Program-made: the position numbers and the translations under genes | Shown: positions 12,268 through 19,145 of the stretch, piece after piece | Layout: every line of letters starts with the position of its first letter | Numbering within the stretch: the first letter of the stretch is position 1 | The notes under the pieces: model-generated | Told to the model about the DNA's origin: nothing | Seen by the model: the letters and a program-made list of their open reading frames with translations, nothing else | Database searches by the model: none | Assembly: GCA_001512765.1 (NCBI GenBank) | Contig: LFSO01000019.1 | Span: forward strand, 70,969 to 134,968 | DNA from: Clostridiales bacterium DTU053 | GTDB taxonomy: Bacteria; Bacillota; Clostridia; Oscillospirales; Acutalibacteraceae | Direction of reading: 5' to 3' | Length of the DNA stretch: 64,000 nucleotides

Positions 12268-12405
12268 TTAACTTGTGTAACGCTTATAACATTGCGAGAA
12301 TCTAAGTACAGCGCAAAAAAAATCGTCAATAATCACTACCGGTACTAATAGCACGGGTAGTATAATGACGATTATTATAATAATTATTGCAGCTATACTT
12401 AACAT
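12268..12405 (-). CDS. candidate branched-chain amino-acid leader peptide (45 aa)
   Basis: Manual translation gives MLSIAAIIIIIIVIILPVLLVPVVIIDDFFCAVLRFSQCYKRYTS. There are 11 Ile, 6 Val and 5 Leu in 45 codons. GGAG lies 8 nt upstream of the ATG. It is too short for the ORF track. Confidence 0.55.
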   Translation of the reverse strand: MLSIAAIIIIIIVIILPVLLVPVVIIDDFFCAVLRFSQCYKRYTS

Positions 12406-12442
12406 CGATTTTCGCTCCAATAAATGTTAAATGATTGGATAT

Positions 12443-12471
12443 ATTTTTACATAAAACGGGCCCTATGTCAA
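12443..12471 (-). promoter_or_regulatory. promoter of the ilv-leu leader transcript
   Basis: Minus strand reads TTGACA (12471-12466), a 17-nt spacer, then TGtAAAAAT (extended -10, hexamer 12448-12443). Confidence 0.45.
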
Positions 12472-12680
12472 TTGTATATATTGCATAATCTTACATTACC
12501 AATAAACAGTCATTATGGAAAAGTTGATGGAATCTGCTAAAAAAAAGCTTAATTATCTATAATATTAGACATTTAAAGCATAAATACTACAATCGGACTG
12601 CGTTCCGTTTATTATTTAAGTATATGCGTTTTAACCATTCGGAGCACCAAAATTTTTGTTTTTTCTTGACTTATGACATA

Positions 12681-12709
12681 TTGACAGTGTTAAATAATGG
12701 GGGTATAAT
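12681..12709 (+). promoter_or_regulatory. sigma-A promoter for nifS-nifU
   Basis: TTGACA (12681-12686), a 17-nt spacer, then TATAAT (12704-12709), 55 nt upstream of the nifS ATG. Confidence 0.6.
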
Positions 12710-12764
12710 AATTCCATAGTAAAGTGATAGGAAATTAATTCGGTTATCCCGTGGAGGTTTAGAT

Positions 12765-13943
12765 ATGTTGATATATGCTGACAATGCTGCCACAACGGCA
12801 GTGAGCAAAAAGGCACTTGAGGCAATGCTGCCCTACTTTACGGAGCATTACGGCAACGCCTCAAGCATACACAGAGTAGGTCAGGAGGCAAACAAGGCTT
12901 TGCAGCAGGCAAGGGCTGAAATCGCCGCCATACTCGGCGCGGAGCCCAAAGAGCTGATTTTTACCTCCGGAGGCAGCGAATCGGACAACCAGGCCATTAT
13001 CTCCGCAGCACTGCAGGGAGCTAAAAAGGGCAAGAAGCACATCATTTCCTCCAAGATTGAGCACCATGCTGTTCTTCATGTGCTTGACAAGCTGGAAAAG
13101 GAAGGTTATGATATTACTCTCCTCGATGTTTCGCCCGAGGGACTTGTTTCTCCCGAAAGCGTGGAGAAGGCTATAAGAGAAGACACTGCCCTTGTAACAA
13201 TCATGTTCGCCAACAACGAAATCGGCACCATTGAGCCGATTAAGGAGATAGGCGAAATCTGCAGAAAGCACGGCGTCATTTTCCATACCGACGCTGTTCA
13301 GGCAGTGGGACATGTTCCGATTAATGTTAAGGAAATGAACATTGACATGCTCTCCTTCTCCGCTCACAAGTTCCACGGCCCCAAAGGCATAGGAGGTCTT
13401 TATGTCCGCAAGGGAATAAGGCTCCTGCCTTTGATTGAGGGCGGCGCTCAGGAAAGAGGGCTCAGAGCCGGCACGGAAAATGTTGCCGCTGTAGTGGGCA
13501 TGGCAGCCGCTTTAAAAGAGCAGGTCGAAAACATGGAGAAGAACGCCGAGAAGCTCACAAAGATGCGCGACAGGCTGATTGACAGCATTCTTAAAGAGGT
13601 TCCGAGAGTAAGACTTAACGGCGACAGAGTAAAAAGGCTCCCCGGCAATGTAAACTTCTGCTTTGAGGGAATTGAGGGCGAAGCGCTGCTCTTAATGCTT
13701 GACAATCTCGGCATCTGCGGTTCATCGGGCTCAGCCTGCACATCGGGCTCCCTTGACCCCAGCCATGTGCTTCTCGCAATCGGTTTGCCCCATGAAATTG
13801 CGCACGGTTCACTCAGACTGACATTCAGTGAATATAATACAGAGGAAGAAATTGACTATATAATTAAGGTTATCCCTCAGGTTGTAAAGCGATTAAGAGA
13901 TATGTCGCCTATGTGGGAGAGAATTGTTAAGGAGGAAGCATAA
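12765..13943 (+). CDS. nifS: cysteine desulfurase (NifS/IscS type)
   Basis: 392 aa. Class-V aminotransferase with the PLP lysine in [10 protein letters not shown] and the catalytic Cys in [10 protein letters not shown]. Confidence 0.92.
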   Translation: MLIYADNAATTAVSKKALEAMLPYFTEHYGNASSIHRVGQEANKALQQARAEIAAILGAEPKELIFTSGGSESDNQAIISAALQGAKKGKKHIISSKIEHHAVLHVLDKLEKEGYDITLLDVSPEGLVSPESVEKAIREDTALVTIMFANNEIGTIEPIKEIGEICRKHGVIFHTDAVQAVGHVPINVKEMNIDMLSFSAHKFHGPKGIGGLYVRKGIRLLPLIEGGAQERGLRAGTENVAAVVGMAAALKEQVENMEKNAEKLTKMRDRLIDSILKEVPRVRLNGDRVKRLPGNVNFCFEGIEGEALLLMLDNLGICGSSGSACTSGSLDPSHVLLAIGLPHEIAHGSLRLTFSEYNTEEEIDYIIKVIPQVVKRLRDMSPMWERIVKEEA

Positions 13944-14389
13944 TGTTATACAGCGATAAGGTTATGGACCATTTTATGAATCCGAGGAATGTCGGCAAGA
14001 TTGACGACGCCGACGGTGTCGGAGAAGTCGGCAACGCAAAGTGCGGCGACATTATGAAGGTTTACATCAAGGTTGATAACGATATAATCACCGATGTTAA
14101 ATTCAATACATTCGGCTGCGCCTCTGCCATTGCGACAAGCTCAATCGCAACCGAAATGATTAAGGGAAAGCCCATTTCAGAGGCTCTCAAGCTCACCAAC
14201 AAGGCGGTTGTTGAAGCTCTTGACGGTCTGCCGCCGGTAAAGATTCACTGCTCCGTTCTCGCTGAGGAGGCAGTAAAGGCTGCTATCGCCGACTATTACA
14301 AGAAAATCGGCAAAGAGCCCGACCCGGAGATTTTCTCCTGCACGGGCTGCTGCGAATCCTGCGGCGCAGAGGGCGCACATTCCCACTAA
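13943..14389 (+). CDS. nifU: Fe-S cluster assembly scaffold (NifU/IscU N-terminal type)
   Basis: 148 aa. Three conserved Cys (GNAKCGD, FGCASAIA, IHCSVLAEE). TAATG overlap with nifS. Confidence 0.9.
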   Translation: MLYSDKVMDHFMNPRNVGKIDDADGVGEVGNAKCGDIMKVYIKVDNDIITDVKFNTFGCASAIATSSIATEMIKGKPISEALKLTNKAVVEALDGLPPVKIHCSVLAEEAVKAAIADYYKKIGKEPDPEIFSCTGCCESCGAEGAHSH

Positions 14390-14405
14390 GAAAACAAAAG
14401 AAAAG

Positions 14406-14430
14406 TCCCCGTTTTGGCGGGGATTTTTTT
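14406..14430 (+). terminator. intrinsic terminator after nifU
   Basis: TCCCCG-ttttgg-CGGGGA followed by TTTTTTT. Confidence 0.7.
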
Positions 14431-14534
14431 GTTACCTTTTGTAAGTTGAAATAATTTCCAGTTTTTATTACAATACTAATATACTGATGATACTTTTAAT
14501 AAATTTTACTGAATTCATTTTTTGGAGGTTCATC

Positions 14535-15044
14535 ATGGCTGAATCAATGAAGCCTGCCGCAAGCTACAGCTCAAAGAAAGATAACAGGAATATTGTAAGC
14601 GTTATTATAATTCTTGTATGCGTTGCCGTAGCGGGAATACCTCTCGGAGTTTTCCTCGGCAAAAAGCTGCCCAAACAGGCATCTGACACAACCACAACTC
14701 AGCCCCAAACAACCGAGGCGGCAACGGAAACGCAGACAACGGTTACAACTCCGAATGTTCCTCTTTATCCCACAGGTCTTTATACAGTCGCGACCGAGTC
14801 GAGCAATCTGAATCTCCGCTCAGGTCCCGGCAGCGAGTTCCCCACGATCAACAGTATCCCCAAAGGCACAGTTCTGACCGTGGTAGAGGTTCAGGGCGAC
14901 TGGGGCAGGGTTGATTATAAGACCACAATAGGCTGGGTAAACATGAAGTACATGAAGGCGGCAAATCCCGATGAGACTACTACCGCTGAGTCTACCAGCA
15001 CAACCGCGGCCACTGGTGTAACCGAAACGGCAGCCAATCAATAA
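14535..15044 (+). CDS. membrane-anchored SH3b-domain protein with Thr-rich linkers
   Basis: ATG 14535 lies behind GGAGG. One TM helix (IVSVIIILVCVAVAGIPLGVFLG), a T/Q/E-rich linker, then a bacterial SH3 pattern (LNLRSGPGSEFPTINSIPKGTVLTVVEVQGDWGRVDY...GWVNMKYM). Confidence 0.65.
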   Translation: MAESMKPAASYSSKKDNRNIVSVIIILVCVAVAGIPLGVFLGKKLPKQASDTTTTQPQTTEAATETQTTVTTPNVPLYPTGLYTVATESSNLNLRSGPGSEFPTINSIPKGTVLTVVEVQGDWGRVDYKTTIGWVNMKYMKAANPDETTTAESTSTTAATGVTETAANQ

Positions 15045-15060
15045 AATAGCTTGTATACAC

Positions 15061-15089
15061 TTGAAATATTTGGTCTCTTGTGTTATAGT
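15061..15089 (+). promoter_or_regulatory. promoter for scfA-scfB
   Basis: TTGAAA (15061-15066), a 17-nt spacer, then TGtTATAGT (extended -10, hexamer 15084-15089). Confidence 0.5.
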
Positions 15090-15123
15090 ACTGTAGAAAT
15101 ACAGCGTAATTCGGAGGACAATT

Positions 15124-15264
15124 ATGAAACACATCAAAACTATCAATTCCGCAAACCTTAAAAAGAGCACTGAAAAGGGCGGCTGCGGCGAGTGCCAGGC
15201 ATCCTGCCAGTCGGCTTGCAAAACATCCTGCACAGTAGCAAATCAGGAATGCGAGAGAAAATAA
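15124..15264 (+). CDS. scfA: SCIFF (six cysteines in forty-five residues) ranthipeptide precursor
   Basis: Manual translation gives MKHIKTINSANLKKSTEKGGCGECQASCQSACKTSCTVANQECERK (46 aa, 6 Cys). The GGCGECQxSCQSACKTSCTV core is the SCIFF signature. GGAGG lies 7 nt upstream. The stop directly abuts the maturase start. It is absent from the ORF track. Confidence 0.9.
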   Translation: MKHIKTINSANLKKSTEKGGCGECQASCQSACKTSCTVANQECERK

Positions 15265-16635
15265 TTGATTCATAAGTACGAACTCAACGGATACAAAATT
15301 GTAATCGACCCTTGCAGCGGAGCCGTGCATCTTTTTGATGACACGGCTTATGATATTGTTTCCTTAATAAAAGCCGCTCCCATGTCCCCTGATTGCCCTG
15401 AGGATATTGTAAACTCGCTTTCCGAGAAGTACTCGACCGACAGCATTAAAGAAGCATACTCGGATATTTATGCTCTTTACCGCGAGGGCACGCTTTTCAG
15501 CGAGGACGATTATGCTGAATTCGCCGAAATGCTGGGCCCCGCTCCCGTTAAGTCCATGTGCCTGAATGTTGCCCACGACTGCAATCTTAAATGCGAATAC
15601 TGCTTTGCCGCTCAGGGCGATTTCGGAATGGAAAAGGGACTTATGCCCTTTGAGGTCGCAAAGAGCGCGATTGACTTTCTTATAAAGCACTCGGGCGGAA
15701 GGCGAAACCTTGAGCTGGACTTCTTTGGCGGCGAGCCGCTGATGAACTTTGATGTCGTTAAGAAAACAGTGGAGTACGCAAGGAGCGTAGAAAAGGAGCA
15801 CGGCAAGAACTTCAGGTTCACCCTTACCACCAACGGACTTCTTTTGAACGATGAGATAATCGACTACCTTAACAGGGAGATGTATAATCTGGTGCTCTCC
15901 CTTGACGGCAGAAAAGAGGTAAACGACAAACTCAGACCCACCCGCTCCGGCAGCGGCAGCTATGACATAATAGTGCCGAAATATCAAAAGCTCATAGAGA
16001 AAAGGGGCGACGGTCAGTACTATGTAAGGGGTACCTTTACAAGGCATAACCTTGACTTTGCCGATGACCTTCTGCACCTTGCCGACGATTTGGGCTTTGA
16101 CCAGCTCTCTGTCGAGCCGGTTGTAACCGCCGACGAAAACGACTATGCGCTGAGAGAAAGCGATTTGCCCAGAATCTTTGAGGAATACGAGAGACTGGCG
16201 AATATAATCCTTGAAAGAAAGCTCAAAGGCAATTGCTTTAATTTCTTCCACTTTATGATTGACCTTGAGCAGGGTCCCTGCGCAATTAAGAGGCTTAGGG
16301 GCTGCAGCTGCGGAAACGAGTACATAGCGGTAACTCCCAACGGCGACATTTACCCCTGCCATCAGTTTGTGGGCATGGATGAATGGAAGATGGGCAATGT
16401 CCTTGACGGCTCTTTGGATTATGAAAAGAAAAAGTATTTCTCAAAGACCCATATTTACTACAAGGACGAGTGCAAGAACTGCTGGGCAAGGTTCTACTGC
16501 AGCGGTGGCTGCAACGCCAACAACTACGCGTCCCGCGGCAGCGTTTTAAAGCCTCACAGGCTCTCATGCGAGCTTGAGAAGAAGCGTCTTGAATGCGCCA
16601 TAATGATTAAGGTTGCCTTAGCTGCGGCAGAATAA
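15265..16635 (+). CDS. scfB: radical SAM/SPASM thioether-forming SCIFF maturase
   Basis: 456 aa. TTG start giving the conserved MIHKYELNGY N-terminus. CNLKCEYC radical-SAM CX3CX2C motif. Cys-rich C-terminal SPASM region (CSCGNEY...CHQF...CKNCWARFYCSGGC). Confidence 0.9.
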   Translation: MIHKYELNGYKIVIDPCSGAVHLFDDTAYDIVSLIKAAPMSPDCPEDIVNSLSEKYSTDSIKEAYSDIYALYREGTLFSEDDYAEFAEMLGPAPVKSMCLNVAHDCNLKCEYCFAAQGDFGMEKGLMPFEVAKSAIDFLIKHSGGRRNLELDFFGGEPLMNFDVVKKTVEYARSVEKEHGKNFRFTLTTNGLLLNDEIIDYLNREMYNLVLSLDGRKEVNDKLRPTRSGSGSYDIIVPKYQKLIEKRGDGQYYVRGTFTRHNLDFADDLLHLADDLGFDQLSVEPVVTADENDYALRESDLPRIFEEYERLANIILERKLKGNCFNFFHFMIDLEQGPCAIKRLRGCSCGNEYIAVTPNGDIYPCHQFVGMDEWKMGNVLDGSLDYEKKKYFSKTHIYYKDECKNCWARFYCSGGCNANNYASRGSVLKPHRLSCELEKKRLECAIMIKVALAAAE

Positions 16636-16651
16636 CTCATTAAAAAGATTT

Positions 16652-16686
16652 AACCGCCGAAAAAAACGGCGGTTATATTTTTTTAT
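16652..16686 (+). terminator. intrinsic terminator after scfB
   Basis: AACCGCCG-aaaaaaa-CGGCGGTT followed by ATATTTTTTT. Confidence 0.75.
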
Positions 16687-16749
16687 CCTACGGCATAGTT
16701 TTATTTAGGGACAACCCTTAAAAGCCCTAAGCAAAACGGAGGAAGCGTT

Positions 16750-17370
16750 ATGAAATTCAGGACAGGCAAGGTAATCAGGGTTTCGGCAAATCTCATTAAG
16801 GTGCTGAAAGAATATTACAGACTGGTTTTATTAATCAGCCTTTTTATCGCGGGCATGCTTATCGGAGCCTTTACATTTAAGCACGGGGGCGGAGATGTAT
16901 CTTCGCTGCTGACCGACATGGTAATTAAGCACAGCGCGGAGAGGACATCTCAAGCGGCGTTCGTGACCTTTATAAACTCTCTGCTTGTTAACTGCGCTTT
17001 TGTGGGCATTGCCTTTACAATGGGAATGTGCTGCATCGGCACTCCCTTTATAGGACTTTTGCCGCTTATAAAGGGCCTCGGGCTCGGCGTGGTGGCAGGC
17101 TACTTTTACAATAATGATGTGGCGGGAGTGCTGTATTATCTCCTTATTATTCTCCCCGGCGCGGTAATATCGACGGTCGCGCTGATTATAAGCTGCGGGG
17201 AGAGCATAAGAATGTCAAGCGAGATGCTGCAGATTATGTCTCAGAAAAAGTCCGCCTCCCCCGACGGCATTAAGGTTTATATGTCAAGATACACGATAAT
17301 ACTGGCGCTGATACTTATTTCTTCCGTAATTGACATGTTCCTTACAAAGGCGTTTTCGTTCCTGTTCTAA
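16750..17370 (+). CDS. spoIIM: polytopic membrane protein, stage II sporulation protein M-like (DUF95)
   Basis: 206 aa with about 5 predicted TM helices. Its size and helix layout resemble SpoIIM. The call is by resemblance only. Confidence 0.4.
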   Translation: MKFRTGKVIRVSANLIKVLKEYYRLVLLISLFIAGMLIGAFTFKHGGGDVSSLLTDMVIKHSAERTSQAAFVTFINSLLVNCAFVGIAFTMGMCCIGTPFIGLLPLIKGLGLGVVAGYFYNNDVAGVLYYLLIILPGAVISTVALIISCGESIRMSSEMLQIMSQKKSASPDGIKVYMSRYTIILALILISSVIDMFLTKAFSFLF

Positions 17371-17374
17371 GAAG

Positions 17375-17410
17375 AAAAAAGCCGCTTAAAGCGGCTTAAA
17401 CTTTTTTCTT
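17375..17410. terminator. bidirectional terminator between convergent genes
   Basis: AAGCCGC-ttaaa-GCGGCTT flanked by an A-run upstream and a T-run downstream. It overlaps the last codons of the TrxR-like gene. Confidence 0.6.
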
Positions 17411-18265
17411 TTTTCTAACATAGTCAATAGCGTTTAAGGCTGCCTTCGCGCCTTCCGCAACCGCTGTGGAAACCTGCATTATTCCTCCCGTGCAGTCCCC
17501 CGCCGCATAAAGGCCGGGGATATTTGTTTCCATATCGTTGTTGACTTCGATTTTGTTGTCCACAACATTCGCGCCAAGCTTTCTTGCCAGGTCGCCAGCG
17601 GCGGCGCTGCCCACAGCGATGAACAGTCCGCTGAAATTAAGCATCTCGCCGTCGGCAAACTCAGCGCCTTCAAGGGTCTCAGAGCCGAAAAGCCTTTTTA
17701 TTTTTGAAGTATATACTTTTACATTTTCGGGGAATTCTGCGTCGGGCGCCATGCCGTTTGTTAATACCGAAACCTTTGAGGCGATGGGCAGAAGCTCTTT
17801 TACCTCGTGGAGGGCGTATTCGCTGTGACCCAAAACAGCAACCTCCTTGCCCCTGTAGAAGAAACCGTCGCAGACGGCGCAGTAGCTGACCCCCATGCCT
17901 TCAAACTGCCGCAGTCCCTCGATTCTCGGCGCCTTTCTTGCCGCGCCCGTTGCCAAAAGAACCGCCAAAGCCTTGTAGCTGCCGTTCTTTACGGCTACTT
18001 CAAAACCCTCATCGGCGTAGGATATATCCAGAACTTCCTCGGTAATGTGCTCCACTCCCAGCTCCTTTGCCTGTCTGAGGCCAATCTGTATCAGCTCGGA
18101 GCCTGACATTGCCTTTTCAAGTCCGAAATAATTCTGTATTTTATCGGCCTTTTCAAGAGAGCCGCCGTCTTTGCCTATGAGCTTTACCGACAGCCCGGCG
18201 CGCTTTATATACAAAGAGGCGGAGATTCCCGCGGGGCCGCTTCCGACAATAATAATATCGTCCAT
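17396..18265 (-). CDS. low-Mr thioredoxin reductase homologue lacking NADPH-binding motifs (FFTR-like candidate)
   Basis: 289 aa. FAD motif IIIVGSGPAGISA and redox CAVC are present. The position of GGGxSA reads VLGHSEYA, and the HRRxxxR position reads VLTNGMAPDAEF. Confidence 0.75.
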   Translation of the reverse strand: MDDIIIVGSGPAGISASLYIKRAGLSVKLIGKDGGSLEKADKIQNYFGLEKAMSGSELIQIGLRQAKELGVEHITEEVLDISYADEGFEVAVKNGSYKALAVLLATGAARKAPRIEGLRQFEGMGVSYCAVCDGFFYRGKEVAVLGHSEYALHEVKELLPIASKVSVLTNGMAPDAEFPENVKVYTSKIKRLFGSETLEGAEFADGEMLNFSGLFIAVGSAAAGDLARKLGANVVDNKIEVNNDMETNIPGLYAAGDCTGGIMQVSTAVAEGAKAALNAIDYVRKKKKV

Positions 18266-18481
18266 GTTTCACATCTCCGTTTCCAAGCTCGAAAAAACAA
18301 ACTTATATTGAATAAATCGGAAAATTAATGTAATATGTATCTAAGGTCATTTTACCCCAGCTTCTATTTTTTTACAAGTATAATAACAAAAACGGAATAT
18401 TAATGTAACCTTGTTACAGAATAAATTATGGAAGTATTTATAATCATATAATAGATTATGAGTTTTTTGGGAGGAAATAAT

Positions 18482-18796
18482 ATGTCAGTTATAAAAATAA
18501 CAAAAGAAAACTTCAATTCCGAGGTACTCAAGTCCGATGTTCCCGTTCTTATAGATTTTTGGGCTCCCTGGTGCGGTCCCTGCCGTGCGCTCTCCCCTCT
18601 GATTGACGAGATTGCCGAGGAGGCAAACGGAAAATTTAAGGTTGGAAAAGTAAATGTGGATGAGCAGCCCGAGCTTGCCTCAAAGTTCTCAGTAATGAGC
18701 ATACCGACTCTGGTTGTTATGAAGAACGGCGAGCTTGTAAACAAAACCGTCGGCTCAAGACCTAAGGAGCAGATTTTAAGCCTTATAGAGGGTTAA
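18482..18796 (+). CDS. trxA: thioredoxin
   Basis: 104 aa from ATG 18482 (GGGAGG 8 nt upstream). WCGPC active site. Confidence 0.93.
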   Translation: MSVIKITKENFNSEVLKSDVPVLIDFWAPWCGPCRALSPLIDEIAEEANGKFKVGKVNVDEQPELASKFSVMSIPTLVVMKNGELVNKTVGSRPKEQILSLIEG

Positions 18797-18811
18797 CAGC
18801 ATAAACCTTAT

Positions 18812-18840
18812 AGCCGGGAAGGGTTCCCGGCTATTTTTTT
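18812..18840 (+). terminator. intrinsic terminator after trxA
   Basis: AGCCGGGAA-ggg-TTCCCGGCT followed by ATTTTTTT. Confidence 0.8.
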
Positions 18841-18872
18841 GTCTATTTTTTAACTATTTTTGTTTTTATCTA

Positions 18873-18901
18873 TTGACATATTATTGGATGATATATATAA
18901 T
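18873..18901 (+). promoter_or_regulatory. sigma-A promoter for the ATPase leader
   Basis: TTGACA (18873-18878), a 17-nt spacer, then TATAAT (18896-18901). Confidence 0.6.
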
Positions 18902-18920
18902 ATTCCAAAAGTATATAGCA

Positions 18921-19048
18921 ACCATGAGGGAGTAGTTGGCGCATTATATAATGCGTGTCAAGTCAACATCATAGCCGAAGGGCTTGGCTTGAATTAAATG
19001 ACCAGACTCATGTATAGTTGGTAGCCCTGACTATACATGAGTTTTTTT
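18921..19048 (+). promoter_or_regulatory. candidate yybP-ykoY (Mn2+) riboswitch with terminator expression platform
   Basis: CAUGAG-GGAGUAG (18923-18935) resembles the conserved GGGGAGUAG L1 element. Internal hairpins are GCGCAU/AUGCGU and AGCC/GGCU. GUCAACAU and AUGACC elements are present. The 3' P1 strand CUCAUG (19007-19012) lies inside the 5' arm of a 13-bp terminator (ACTCATGTATAGT 19006-19018 / ACTATACATGAGT 19030-19042 plus T7). Confidence 0.55.
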
Positions 19049-19145
19049 ATAATACGCCGGCTTGTATTTTCCCGATGGAAAAGCAATATACTTTATTTTG
19101 ATGGCCCCAAAAGCGGCTGAAAATTACATTGAAAGGAAATAAAGC

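Noticed and set aside
12153-12440. Expected T-box riboswitch in the ilvB leader
   Set aside because: Reading the minus strand, I could not find the T-box core (GGGTGGTACCGCG-like) or an obvious specifier-loop/AG-bulge arrangement. The leader instead holds a short I/V/L-rich ORF. A covariance-model search is still needed to exclude a degenerate T-box.
15364-16362. Long antisense ORFs in the track (for example 15364-16362 minus, 20643-21548 minus, 6261-6974 plus, 7932-8546 plus, 59151-59735 plus)
   Set aside because: Each lies entirely inside, and opposite to, a gene with strong family motifs (scfB, the ATPase, leuA, ilvD, the GT2-TPR gene). Their compositions are typical of reverse-frame translation.
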